Positions 40,336 through 50,504 of a stretch of DNA of 64,000 nucleotides are shown piece by piece (within the stretch, counting starts at the first letter, position 1; the number at the start of each line of letters is the position of its first letter). The DNA is taken from contig JAVYWK010000001.1 of NCBI GenBank assembly GCA_038727095.1, forward strand, positions 57,626-121,625, written 5' to 3'. Below the pieces are notes generated by a model, which saw only the letters and a list, made by a program, of their open reading frames with translations, had not been told where the DNA came from and ran no database searches. The translations under genes and the position numbers were made by a program. The stretch comes from Thermofilaceae archaeon (lineage in GTDB: Archaea > Thermoproteota > Thermoprotei > Thermofilales > Thermofilaceae).

Positions 40336-41241
40336 GTGGGGCTAGAAGAGAAACTGAAGGCTTCAGGGTTCGAAGTTGCAGGGGAAGAGGGTAGCTCATA
40401 CTCATTTGACATAATCGCGGTCAAGGACGAGAACGCTTTCGCAATCAAAGTTTTAGAGAGCCCGGAGATCGAGAACATCAAGAAGTATGTTACAGATTTA
40501 AAGAGGATATCGATACCCCTTGACTTAACACCGCTTTTGGTTTGCGAGGAGGGTCCTCCTGATGATGTGCTTCTTACATTTGAAGGGGTTCCTTCGATAA
40601 CAGCTCCAACTCTTCTTAAATTGACCAGTGATGCTCAGCCACCGTTTGTCTACGTCAGTCGAGGGGGAGTGTACGTAAAGGTGAAGGGAGAGTATATCAG
40701 AAAGCGCAGGCTTGACCAGGGAATGTCGCTGGGCGATCTTTCGCTCCTTTTAGGAGTGACGAGGAGGATGGTCTACGAGTACGAAACGGGGCGCTCAGAC
40801 GTAACAGCAGAAGTAGCGAAAAAAATGCTACGCGTGTTTGGTGAGGAAGTCTTCGAGCAATTATCGTTGAACGGAATAAGAGAGCATTTTAAGAAAAGCA
40901 GAGTTGCCGAGCAGACCCCCACTGGTAGGATACGCGATCCCATGTTAAGGAGAATCCATGGTAAGCTTCTCACAGCGGGGTTTGTTGGGCTAGCAATTGA
41001 GAGAGCTCCGTTTCAGTTAGCCGCAAAAAGAGAGAAGGAGAGTGCAAGCACAAAACTCGTCATAAGGAAAAGCTATGAAGAGGAGGAGTTTGAGGAGCAA
41101 CTCACACTGGAAGTGGCAAAACTTTGCAGATCTTACGCGCTGTTCGTCACAGGGGATAAGGTTAGAGTTATTGGCAGACAAGTAGTGGAAGCACGTACCG
41201 AGGAGCTAGAGGAATGCTTAAGGGACTCCATCTCTCCATGA
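40336..41241 (+). CDS. HTH transcriptional regulator (COG1395-like)
   Basis: SFDIIA, RGGVYVK, MSLGDLS..LGVTRRMVYEYE. Confidence 0.85.
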   Translation: MGLEEKLKASGFEVAGEEGSSYSFDIIAVKDENAFAIKVLESPEIENIKKYVTDLKRISIPLDLTPLLVCEEGPPDDVLLTFEGVPSITAPTLLKLTSDAQPPFVYVSRGGVYVKVKGEYIRKRRLDQGMSLGDLSLLLGVTRRMVYEYETGRSDVTAEVAKKMLRVFGEEVFEQLSLNGIREHFKKSRVAEQTPTGRIRDPMLRRIHGKLLTAGFVGLAIERAPFQLAAKREKESASTKLVIRKSYEEEEFEEQLTLEVAKLCRSYALFVTGDKVRVIGRQVVEARTEELEECLRDSISP

Positions 41242-42425
41242 CTGGTAGTATCAGGCTCGTCGAAATCAGTGAAGGGCTTGTCAGAATCCTTGTACCAGAC
41301 CTTGAGTACTACTCTAGCAGCTCAGCCAGGATAGAGCCAGCGTGGGCTCCCGTTTTCTACAACCCCCGTATGAGGATTTCACGTGATTTAAGCGTGGCCA
41401 TAATATCCGCGTTTGTAAAGGCCTTTGGGCGCAGCAAGATCAAGGTTTGTGAACCCTTAAGCGCTACAGGCGTTCGAGGTCTCCGCTACGCTGCCGAGAT
41501 TGAAGGGATTGAAGAAGTTTTAATAAATGATAAGAGCGCGCTCGCGTACGAGCTGGGAGTCCAGAACGTTATGCGTAATAAACTTAATGATAAAATTAGA
41601 ATATATAACAGAGAAGCTAGGGCTTTACTGCTTGAATTTGCAGAAAAAGGCGAAAAATTCGACATAGTTGACATAGATCCTTTCGGTTCGCCGGCACCTT
41701 TTGTTGAAAGTGGCTTACTCGCGCTTAAACACAACGGCCTCCTATTGGTTACCGCTACGGATCTTGCCCCTCTCTTCGGCGTTGCACCAGGTTCTTGCAA
41801 AAGAAAGTATTTTTCGACACCTATGAGAACCGAGTTCTCGAAGGAAGTTGGGGCTCGCATTTTAGCAGCTTTTGTAGTACGTGAAGCGGCTAAGTTAGGC
41901 CTCGCAGCAGAGCCTATCTACACGTTCCTCGCGAACCACTCTTTAAGAATAGCTTTCATAGTAAAAAGAAGTAAAAGTTTAGCTAAAAAGTTCTTGGATC
42001 TGTTAGGAGGAGCCATTTATTGCTACAAGTGCTTCTATAGATCGCTCACCAGCTATTCGCCCTCAGAGCGCTCGTGCCCAAATTGCGGTTCACCCCTTAT
42101 GATCGGAGGACCTTTGTGGACGGGTGAATTGTGGAACCCGAACTTCGCTCTGAATGTACTCGAGCACTATAGCGAGCGGAGCTACCTCAGCAGCACTGGA
42201 ATGCGTATCGTAAAGCTGATAGCTTCAGAAGCGGGCAAGCCTGCCCTGTATTCAACTTCAACTAGTTTAGCTAAACTGGCGGGCCTAGGCGACGAACCCT
42301 CACTCAAGAGAATCGCGGAGATTGCTGGGAAGCTAGGTGTCGAGTTCTCTCCAACACACTTTGATGCAAAGGGTTTTCGGATAGATATCCAGCTTTACGA
42401 GCTGGCTAATTACTTTCGTGGCTGA
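41238..42425 (+). CDS. trm1: tRNA (guanine-26 N2) dimethyltransferase
   Basis: VFYNP.M..SRD, ATGVRGLRY, DIDPFGSP, GPLWTG, THF. Confidence 0.95.
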   Translation: MTGSIRLVEISEGLVRILVPDLEYYSSSSARIEPAWAPVFYNPRMRISRDLSVAIISAFVKAFGRSKIKVCEPLSATGVRGLRYAAEIEGIEEVLINDKSALAYELGVQNVMRNKLNDKIRIYNREARALLLEFAEKGEKFDIVDIDPFGSPAPFVESGLLALKHNGLLLVTATDLAPLFGVAPGSCKRKYFSTPMRTEFSKEVGARILAAFVVREAAKLGLAAEPIYTFLANHSLRIAFIVKRSKSLAKKFLDLLGGAIYCYKCFYRSLTSYSPSERSCPNCGSPLMIGGPLWTGELWNPNFALNVLEHYSERSYLSSTGMRIVKLIASEAGKPALYSTSTSLAKLAGLGDEPSLKRIAEIAGKLGVEFSPTHFDAKGFRIDIQLYELANYFRG

Positions 42426-42434
42426 AAAAGTCTG

Positions 42435-43463
42435 TTATTCAATTCTCACGGCTTTCCCCGTTCTCGCCGACTCGAGTGCAGCAATCACGCACTTTAGCGC
42501 CCTGTATCCATCCTCCCAGCTAACGATTGGTTTATCTCTCCGTAGGACACACTGTAGGAAGTTCATGTCCTCCAAAAGAAGGGGTTCTCTCTTTATGCCT
42601 AGAAGGCTCCAACTTTCTCTAACCTTCGATGTATAGGCTGAGACCAACTGGCTATACTCCCCCATGGAGCGGTGCTCGACAAGGCCTTTCTCCATCGTCA
42701 TGGTTTGCAGGATGTAGTCAACCTCGTAGAGCTTGTCCCGCAGCTGTACGCTTAAAATACGCCTCTTGAAGTTGGACCCGCTTCTCCAGCTTGCTCTAAA
42801 GTCGCCGGCAACATTTATGCTATCAAACGAGAAAAACGCTGAGATGTCTACCTCTAACCCTGAGACTTTATCCCAACAGGCCCTAGCCATCACCCATTCG
42901 GGCGTAGCTCCTAAGAGATAGCATACCACATCGACATCATGGATGAGAAGATCATGAGCCGCACCCAAATTCAGCGTGTAACCACTGGGCGGACCAGGGC
43001 CAATTCTCTGCGCTGATACGTGAACAATCTCGTCTTCCTCCTTCATCAGTTGCTCCTTCAGCGCCATAACCACCGGGTTAAAACGCTCGATGTGCCCCAC
43101 TGCTAGAAGCCTGCCCTCCCTCTCAGCCACCTTACCCATTTCTTCGGCTTCTTTAAGGTCAGCCGCGATCGGTTTCTCGACTAGTAGATCCATGTGCGGT
43201 AGAAGCTTCATTGCCACATCGTAGTGGTACACTGTCGGTACCGCCACGATAGCGGCGTCGACCCTCATCTTAAGCAACTCCGTTAGATCACTAGTCCAGG
43301 AAGCCCCATACACGCGAGCAACTTTCTCTGCCCGTCCGGCATCCTTGTCCACTACGACGAGCTCATCTATGCTCAACCCCTCCGGGCCCATCTTCTTGAT
43401 CTCGTTTAGAACGCGGACGTGGTTCACCCCCCATCTGCCGACACCAATGACAGCAACCTTCAC
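42435..43463 (-). CDS. Gfo/Idh/MocA family oxidoreductase
   Basis: GVGRWG, VEKPIA, GHIERFNP, DLLIHD. Confidence 0.9.
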   Translation of the reverse strand: MKVAVIGVGRWGVNHVRVLNEIKKMGPEGLSIDELVVVDKDAGRAEKVARVYGASWTSDLTELLKMRVDAAIVAVPTVYHYDVAMKLLPHMDLLVEKPIAADLKEAEEMGKVAEREGRLLAVGHIERFNPVVMALKEQLMKEEDEIVHVSAQRIGPGPPSGYTLNLGAAHDLLIHDVDVVCYLLGATPEWVMARACWDKVSGLEVDISAFFSFDSINVAGDFRASWRSGSNFKRRILSVQLRDKLYEVDYILQTMTMEKGLVEHRSMGEYSQLVSAYTSKVRESWSLLGIKREPLLLEDMNFLQCVLRRDKPIVSWEDGYRALKCVIAALESARTGKAVRIE

Positions 43464-43521
43464 AAGCTGACTTCAAAACTACTTCTTAAAAAGCATATGA
43501 ATGATACTGCCAGGAGTTCGT

Positions 43522-44136
43522 ATGCGCTGCGCAATACTGGTGACAGGAATGCCGGGCAGCGGAAAGACGCTGTTCTCCGAGGCTGCAGCAAAACTCGGTC
43601 TCCCTGTAGTATCCATGGGTGATGCTGTTAGGTCTGAAGCCATTCGCAGAGGGTTAGATATTAACGCTAACACACTTGCCCAACTATCATTGGAGCTGCG
43701 GGAGAAGAGGGGGCCGGCCGCCGTATCGGAGTTAACGTTGGCTCAAGTACCTATCGAACCAATCGTGGTAATAGAGGGAGTTAGGAGCCTAGCCGAGGTG
43801 GAGAACTTCCGCCGCCACTTCGATAGAGTCTTCGTGGTAGCCATTCATTCCTCGCCGACCACCAGGTATCAACGGTTATCCAGCAGAGGGCGGAGTGATG
43901 ACCCGAAGCATTGGGAGGATTTCGCCGAAAGGGATAGGAGGGAGCTATCCTTCGGTATCGGTGAGGTAATCGCTCTAGCGGATTTCATGCTTGTCAATGA
44001 GGAAATTAGTAAAGAAGGATTCATTGATTTATGCATGTCCGTACTAGTTGATATCCTGCGAATGTGCCATCAGATGGATGATCGGAGTTCCTTAACCCTT
44101 GATAGCTCTACCCGAAGGAATAACGCTTGTTCATAA
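43522..44136 (+). CDS. UPF0200 nucleotide kinase-like protein
   Basis: TGMPGSGKT, MGDAVR, EGVRS, RGRSDD, RDRREL. Confidence 0.85.
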   Translation: MRCAILVTGMPGSGKTLFSEAAAKLGLPVVSMGDAVRSEAIRRGLDINANTLAQLSLELREKRGPAAVSELTLAQVPIEPIVVIEGVRSLAEVENFRRHFDRVFVVAIHSSPTTRYQRLSSRGRSDDPKHWEDFAERDRRELSFGIGEVIALADFMLVNEEISKEGFIDLCMSVLVDILRMCHQMDDRSSLTLDSSTRRNNACS

Positions 44137-44152
44137 TTTCGCTTGAGCGCTC

Positions 44153-44651
44153 CCTTTTCCCCGGCTGTGCGCTTCTGGCCCCTCCCTCCGCTCCCCATAT
44201 CTGCGCTCTACCCGCTTTTCTCGCGGCTTGGGAGGAGCCAAGCGAGAAAAGGGGAATAAAAATGAAATGAGAATGAGAAAGAGTTTCAGCTCCCTGGCTC
44301 ACTCGACAACTGGGGCTATGTAGGCTTTCAGCCATCCTTCCCTCAGCTGGAATATCGTGAGGCGGCCCCTTGCCACAGGCGCGAACCCCATACTTCCAGG
44401 CCCCAACCCCGCGATCCTGAAAGCCCTCAAAGCGTCAGCTAGCGTCCTCAACCTCAAGGTCACCCTGAGCCCCCCGCGCGTCCCGGCAGCAGAGCGAAGA
44501 ACTACTGACCGCGCGCGAAGATGTGGTCTATCGATAGACACATCGGCGACAAGGCGCTGAAAGGCGAGTGAGCAGGCCGCTCTAAGCAGCCGGCCTCATG
44601 ACGCCCGCTCCGGTCGCCCGCGGCCCAAAACTGCAAAGGCCGGGGAACAGG
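44153..44651. repeat. Dispersed degenerate repeat, copy B; possible non-autonomous mobile element or viral remnant
   Basis: Homology to 36585-36780; 13-bp inverted repeat with one mismatch (CCTTTTCCCCGGC / GCCGGGGAACAGG); internal hairpins. Confidence 0.65.
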
Positions 44652-44687
44652 CCCCTGGAGGCCGAAAAACTATGTAGGGGGGATGAG

Positions 44688-45185
44688 CTATGGCGCGGAC
44701 CTATGGTGGAGCTTCGATACCGTGCGGAGCAAATAAAGGGCGATAGCTACCATTCCCGTGGATCCAACGTCTTCCTCAATACCGTCAGGGTACACAGCAA
44801 TCCCCATCTCGAGCTCTTTCTTCGATAAACCGGGGTCGGACCCTCCGAAAACTGCAAGAAGCCTACCAGCCGCAGTGTTAACGACCTCCGATAGGGGCCT
44901 CTGTGCGTACCTCTTCGGTACAAACAGGAGGACCATATCAGGCTTCAGCACTTCAATCGCGTCGGGTAAATCGGGGAGGCACATGAAGGCCCTCCCCATC
45001 TTCAATGCCAGCTTTTGCGCTTCTGGAACACCCGCTTGAGCCGCGCTGCCACTGGCTTTCGTAACGATGAACGCGTGGTACCCTAATCCGTAAGCGATCC
45101 GTGCTGCTTCAACAACCCTCTGCTGCGAGTAGGCGTTGTGAAGGACTGGTAGCACTTCAACACCTGACACTTCAGCCACGTACAA
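44688..45185 (-). CDS. SPOUT-like protein (DUF2122/COG4080, often labelled RecB-family nuclease)
   Basis: LHNAYS, KASGSAAQAGVPEAQK, DLPDAIE, FGGSDPG. Confidence 0.75.
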   Translation of the reverse strand: MYVAEVSGVEVLPVLHNAYSQQRVVEAARIAYGLGYHAFIVTKASGSAAQAGVPEAQKLALKMGRAFMCLPDLPDAIEVLKPDMVLLFVPKRYAQRPLSEVVNTAAGRLLAVFGGSDPGLSKKELEMGIAVYPDGIEEDVGSTGMVAIALYLLRTVSKLHHRSAP

Positions 45186-45215
45186 GCCGTGTAGCAGTTT
45201 CCCTTAAAAGTTGCC

Positions 45216-46181
45216 CTACATCCCCATCTCTACAGCCTTCTTTACTTCCCGCGCTATCGCTCTGCTTAAGGGTGGGGGAACTGCTTCACCCACCTGATCA
45301 AACTGCAGATCACGACTGCCAAGGAAGGTATGGTCGTCTGGGAAGCCCATCAGCCTGGCTTGTTCCCGAACTGTCAACAGCCTGTCCTCGAAGGGGTGGA
45401 TAAAGCGCGAGGACCCCATTACTGTCGGGGCAAGATGGTACGGGTGTAAACGAACGTAATTGGAGAGGACCCTCCCGTTCGCGCCAGCGTAGCGTATTAA
45501 CGCTTCGCCCCATTTCAATTTCGCAATCCTCCTCTGTTTGCGCGGAGAGAGGGGGACTAGTTCGTGATTCGGCACCTCGTGCGGAGCCTGCGGCGGGGGG
45601 AGATCTCCAATCGCTTCGATCACTGTTACACACTTATGCAGAGGGGGCGGTTTAATGCGTATGTTTGAAACGAACAGCCTGAGCCTGTGTGAGGGAGTCC
45701 CGTACTCCTCGGCTTTAAGTAAGTTAAAGTAGATCGCTGGGTAACCGACACGAGCGAACTCCTTCCGTAGAGCTTCTCGAAGGGGGCCCTCGATCAATGC
45801 TGGGACGTTCTCCATCACAAAGATCTTTGGTTTCAGGTCGCCCACTATCCTGATGAAGTGTAGGACTAACCTGCCGATAGGATCTTCGTAGAGCCTATCC
45901 ATGGGGTTGGGCTTACGCAGCGGGTTGGCTCCAGTGAAAGGTTCGCAGGGTGGACTACCGATAACCACGTCAACGTGCCCCACGAGGGACGCGAGGTCCT
46001 CGCTCCTAAGGCTCCCAACGTCTTCGACCAAGACCTCAGCGCTCGGAAAGTTGACCTTGAAGGTTTTAGCGACCACTTCCACGTTGTCCACGCCTAAGGT
46101 GATTTCGAATCCCTCATCTCTGAAACCCCTTGCGAAGCCTCCGGCGCCGCAGAAGAGATCCATCACTCTTAACCTACTCAT
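45216..46181 (-). CDS. C5 cytosine methyltransferase (orphan)
   Basis: DLFCGAGG, GSPPC, MENV, R.RLF, REQARLMGFP, QVGEAV. Confidence 0.92.
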   Translation of the reverse strand: MSRLRVMDLFCGAGGFARGFRDEGFEITLGVDNVEVVAKTFKVNFPSAEVLVEDVGSLRSEDLASLVGHVDVVIGSPPCEPFTGANPLRKPNPMDRLYEDPIGRLVLHFIRIVGDLKPKIFVMENVPALIEGPLREALRKEFARVGYPAIYFNLLKAEEYGTPSHRLRLFVSNIRIKPPPLHKCVTVIEAIGDLPPPQAPHEVPNHELVPLSPRKQRRIAKLKWGEALIRYAGANGRVLSNYVRLHPYHLAPTVMGSSRFIHPFEDRLLTVREQARLMGFPDDHTFLGSRDLQFDQVGEAVPPPLSRAIAREVKKAVEMGM

Positions 46182-46207
46182 ATCTCAAACTGAGCAGGAA
46201 ACAGAAC

Positions 46208-48394
46208 TTAAAAGTACTGATCCAGCCCGACTCGACCTACGAAATCCTGATCGAGCACTAATCTCCCGCTTGTCACAGCCTCCTTCAACCTCTTCGCTAA
46301 GGTAGGACCTATACCAGGGATTTCCGCTAATTCGCTCTCCGCAGCTCTAGCAATATCGGCCAAGCTCCTGTAGCCACGAGAGTACAGAGCACGAGCCCTA
46401 ACCCGTCCAATACCTTTGATGCTTGTAAGCTCTAAAAGCTCAGGTTTCACACCGTGCTTAATCCGCTCTCGAAGTAAAGCTAGCTTCTTGTGATGATGCA
46501 TGTACCCTAATAGTTTTGAAAGTTCAGACGCCGCGTAGGTTAGCCACTCAGCTGTCTGTGTAATCGCGTAGAGGTCCCCCGGCCCTACATCGTACTTATC
46601 GTAGAGGTAGTCATCGGGTTTCTCCTCTATCCATTCAAGCAAGAGCGTCGCTACCTTAACCTCAGCTAGGAACATCTCGTACTCATCAGGATCCTCCGGT
46701 GGTGGCACCAGAAGATCTGACACTTTCTGCTCTACGAATTCCTCAAGCCATTCTCTGTCGCCTTTCCTGAGGTACATTTTCGGCATATCGGGTGTGAGGG
46801 CTAGCAGATGCAAGTAGGCTAGGTCAGATATAGTCGCATCACCCGAGAGGTACTTGATCACCAAACTGGCTGTGCGGGGATCGAGGTATAATTCGGCCAC
46901 GCGGCGCCCTAGGGGGGTTGCTTCCAGCTTGTTGTCCGATGCTTCCACGAAACCCTCTCTTTGCAGCTCCTTCAGAGCACTTTCAGCTAGCCTCAGAAGG
47001 TAGTTTATATCCCCCTGGACGGCGAAGAGGGAAATGCTTAAGGTCTTTCTCAACTCATGCACGCTTAACGCTAGACCGCTAGCTACTTCTGCTAGGATCT
47101 GGCTCCTGAGCGCGCGTTCAGAGGACAGTTTAGACGTTACCCGCTCCGGTTGAGCCTTCACGTACTCTTCCAGCAGGTACTCCGCCTCATCTAACGTGCG
47201 GGCTATCAGCACAGCCTCGCCGACTCTGTCGTACTTTGGCCGACCAGCTCTTCCAGCCATCTGCTTGTACTCCATCACGCTGATTTCCTCGTAGACGCCA
47301 AGCTCGACATTGTACCTGTGTCTATCCGCGATTACCACACGCCTGGCTGGCAGATTGACGCCGGCTGCAAGCGTAGGCGTGGCGACAACGACCTTCAGAA
47401 GATTGCTTCTGAAAGCATCCTCTATCATTTTCCTGACGGGGTGGCTTAAACCCGCGTGATGGAAGGCAACTCCCTTAGCCATGACTGAGGCGAGCTTCTC
47501 AGTCACTATATTCCGTTCCCGTGAGAGGAGCTGGGAGCACAGCGCTTGTAAATGCTGCCTTTCAGATCTGCTTAGAAACTTCTCGACGGGAAACGCCAGC
47601 CGGGAAGCCGTATTGACAGCGCCTCGCCTCCTGAAGTTGAATATCAATACTTGTCCCCCCTCTCTGAGCGTGTCTCCAGTTAGATCGAGGAGCGGTTCCT
47701 CGAATCTGCTATCAACGCTCCTTGACGACCCGTCGGAGAACTCGATCATGCCGTCGTAGTATACACCTTCTTTGAGGGGGACAGGCCTCCAATCGCATAC
47801 CACGGGCTTCGCGCTCAGCCAAGCGGCGATCTCTTCCACGTTTCTTATCGTGGCACTTAAACCTAGCAATTGCGCGTTGGGTACAACCCTCCTTATACGG
47901 GAAAGAAGCAGCTCGAGAGTTGGACCACGGTTCGCTTCTCCGACCAGATGTATTTCATCAGCTACCACGAGCGATACTTCCCTGAGCCAGGGTGCTCGGT
48001 GCCTCAGTAGGCTATCAGCCTTTTCATTTGTTGTTACGATGACGTTGTAGCGCTCTAACCACTCGTCAGTAGAGTCGTAATCGCCGATGCTGAGCGCCAC
48101 CTTAAAGCCGTGCGGCTCAAAAAAGCTTGAGAAATCTTCGTACTTCTCGGAAGCGAGTGAGCGGAGAGGCGTAAGGTAAAGCACTTTTCCTGCTTCACTC
48201 ATCAGGTGTTTTGCCGCCGCTAGTATGGCGATCAGGGTTTTTCCCGATGCTGTAGGAGCGGCGACAACAAGGCTCACGCCTTCAAGTAGTCCGGCTTTTA
48301 CCGCCATCTGTTGAGGAGGAAAGAGCTCTGTGATACCCTGCTTAGCTAGCGCTTCTATGATACCGGGGGGTAGGTTGAGCTCCTCTATCTTCAT
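46208..48394 (-). CDS. hel308: Hel308/Hjm helicase
   Basis: PTASGKT, DEIH, FHHAGL, QMAGRAGRP, GIGRVRAR. Confidence 0.95.
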   Translation of the reverse strand: MKIEELNLPPGIIEALAKQGITELFPPQQMAVKAGLLEGVSLVVAAPTASGKTLIAILAAAKHLMSEAGKVLYLTPLRSLASEKYEDFSSFFEPHGFKVALSIGDYDSTDEWLERYNVIVTTNEKADSLLRHRAPWLREVSLVVADEIHLVGEANRGPTLELLLSRIRRVVPNAQLLGLSATIRNVEEIAAWLSAKPVVCDWRPVPLKEGVYYDGMIEFSDGSSRSVDSRFEEPLLDLTGDTLREGGQVLIFNFRRRGAVNTASRLAFPVEKFLSRSERQHLQALCSQLLSRERNIVTEKLASVMAKGVAFHHAGLSHPVRKMIEDAFRSNLLKVVVATPTLAAGVNLPARRVVIADRHRYNVELGVYEEISVMEYKQMAGRAGRPKYDRVGEAVLIARTLDEAEYLLEEYVKAQPERVTSKLSSERALRSQILAEVASGLALSVHELRKTLSISLFAVQGDINYLLRLAESALKELQREGFVEASDNKLEATPLGRRVAELYLDPRTASLVIKYLSGDATISDLAYLHLLALTPDMPKMYLRKGDREWLEEFVEQKVSDLLVPPPEDPDEYEMFLAEVKVATLLLEWIEEKPDDYLYDKYDVGPGDLYAITQTAEWLTYAASELSKLLGYMHHHKKLALLRERIKHGVKPELLELTSIKGIGRVRARALYSRGYRSLADIARAAESELAEIPGIGPTLAKRLKEAVTSGRLVLDQDFVGRVGLDQYF

Positions 48395-48398
48395 TACT

Positions 48399-50504
48399 TT
48401 ACCCCGCGCGCAAGAGCAGTATGTAGCCTGGCTTTGGCTCTATAATTTCTCCGCTGTTGTAAAGCCTCTCGAGGACTTTCCTCACGAACTGCTCCTCCAG
48501 CCCCTTCTCAACGGCTCTCGCAACGAAATCCTCACGCTTTACAGCCTCTCCCCCCGCCTCCTCGACCATCTCCCTGAGAAGCTTGATGACTTGCAAAACC
48601 TTATCTCTTTGAGACTTTGGCTGCCCGGTCATGACTAGATCGATGTCGAAAGTTTTCGTTTCCACGTCGTATCCGACGCTTTTCAGGAATACCATCATCA
48701 GCTCTATAGCAGCTTCCGCATCCTTCTCTGTAACAACGTCGTTCAACGCCATCTTCGCGTGTGCTTCAGCCAGCCTAATCAAGGCCTCGAGCTGCCTCGG
48801 CGTGATCGCAATGGGAGAATCCGCCCCTTGGCTTTTCGACCGCATTTCCACGTAGAAGCTGATCAGCTTCGCTTTCGCCTCCTCGGTCAGCCTGGGCCTG
48901 ACGTACCTCCTCGCGTACGCTATGTACTTCCTTAATAGGTCTCTGGGCAGGACGTACTCGAGAGACTCTGGATAGTGCTGCCTGTGGAAGTCCAGCACGT
49001 ACTCCGCCAAAGCTTTGTCCCGCTCCGCGTTAGGCACATCGGTGATCACGAAGATCAAGTCGAAGCGGGAGAGAATCGTGGGCGGAAGGTCTATGTTCTC
49101 CGTCACCGGCCTCCCGTGCAGGTAGCGGCCGAAGGCGGGGTTTGCGGCCGCAAGAACGGATGCTCGCGCATTAAGGGTGGCGACGATACCTGCCTTAGCG
49201 ATGCTGACTGTCTGCTGCTCCATCGCCTCGTGGATGCTGACCCTATCCTTGGGGTCCATCTTATCGAACTCGTCGATACACGCGATACCGCCGTCCGCTA
49301 TCACCAGCGCGCCCGCCTCCAAGTAGAAGTCGCCCGACGCTTTCTCTCTCACGACTGCCGCCGTCAACCCAGCGGCAGTAGATCCTTTCCCACTCGTGTA
49401 GATGCCCCTAGGGGCAATTGAAGCCACGTACCTCAGGAGCTGAGATTTAGCGGTCCCAGGGTCGCCGATCAGTAGTATGTGGACATCCCCCCTAACTCTA
49501 ACACCGTCGGGGTGCAGTTTTTGGACACCGCCGAATAGGAGAAGCGCGATGGCCTTCTTCACCTCTTTGTAGCCGTAGATTGAGGGGGCGATGGAGTTCA
49601 CGATGAGATCACGGACGTCGCCCCGCCTCGAAAGTTCCAGTATCCTTTTCTCATCCTCCGGCGTAATCTCCACGTCAAGGTCTTCCTTCGATGCGACTTC
49701 TACGTTATTCGCCTCTAGGTACATCTGGAAGATCGGAGGTTGACCTTTTAAACTTCGTTCAGGAGCAACGGCAAGAATACCAGTTACAACAGCGCGATCT
49801 CCCGGCCTGACGATGTCCACTAGATCGTGAGAAGCGACTACCTCAATAGAGCGGGGAAGCTGCCCTGAAGGAAGCTCTTCAGGCCTCTCCTGCAGCACGA
49901 ACCTCTGCCAATCAATAAACTTACATTTCTCTAGAACCAGCTCGAAACTTCCTCTTTTCTGACCACCAGCTGCGCAGCCCGGACACTGAATCGGTTTTTC
50001 AAGCTTTTCGCCAGTTTGAACTACGGCAACCTCCTCACCGCACTCCCTACAGCGATACACAGCCTCCAAGAGAAGCTGCTTGACAGGAGAGAGCTTAGTC
50101 ACTATTCCCTCTACGGCGATTAACTTGCCCAGGTGGGTAGCCCTGGCCTTCCTAATCGGTACTTTAAGGCTCTCGGGTAACCTACGAACCCTAACGAAGA
50201 GATCCGTCACGCGCGTTAGGTACTCAGCGTTCTCAACCTTCATCACCTCCTTCAACCCGTCAACTGAGGCTTTGATAGTTAAACGCGGGTTCTCTACAAG
50301 TCTTTCAGCCAGTGATGGATCAAACGAGAGAAGATCGTCGAAGTCTACGATTAGCGACAAACTCCCTTCAAGAGCCATCCTAGCTATCCGAGCCCTGTAC
50401 TTGTAGTCACCTTTTTCATCCTTAAACGAGCGGAAGAACTCCGCGAACCTCTCTGACAGGTTAACCCCTTCAACGATGGTTAAGCTTTCAACCAAGCGGG
50501 TCAC
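48399..50504 (-). CDS. mcm: Replicative helicase MCM (no intein)
   Basis: GDPGTAKS, IDEFDKM, SRFD, zinc finger. Confidence 0.97.
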   Translation of the reverse strand: MTRLVESLTIVEGVNLSERFAEFFRSFKDEKGDYKYRARIARMALEGSLSLIVDFDDLLSFDPSLAERLVENPRLTIKASVDGLKEVMKVENAEYLTRVTDLFVRVRRLPESLKVPIRKARATHLGKLIAVEGIVTKLSPVKQLLLEAVYRCRECGEEVAVVQTGEKLEKPIQCPGCAAGGQKRGSFELVLEKCKFIDWQRFVLQERPEELPSGQLPRSIEVVASHDLVDIVRPGDRAVVTGILAVAPERSLKGQPPIFQMYLEANNVEVASKEDLDVEITPEDEKRILELSRRGDVRDLIVNSIAPSIYGYKEVKKAIALLLFGGVQKLHPDGVRVRGDVHILLIGDPGTAKSQLLRYVASIAPRGIYTSGKGSTAAGLTAAVVREKASGDFYLEAGALVIADGGIACIDEFDKMDPKDRVSIHEAMEQQTVSIAKAGIVATLNARASVLAAANPAFGRYLHGRPVTENIDLPPTILSRFDLIFVITDVPNAERDKALAEYVLDFHRQHYPESLEYVLPRDLLRKYIAYARRYVRPRLTEEAKAKLISFYVEMRSKSQGADSPIAITPRQLEALIRLAEAHAKMALNDVVTEKDAEAAIELMMVFLKSVGYDVETKTFDIDLVMTGQPKSQRDKVLQVIKLLREMVEEAGGEAVKREDFVARAVEKGLEEQFVRKVLERLYNSGEIIEPKPGYILLLRAG

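Noticed and set aside
44153-44651. Considered as RNase P or SRP RNA
   Set aside because: No GAGGAAA-type P4 motif or SRP helix-8 motif, and a deleted second copy exists
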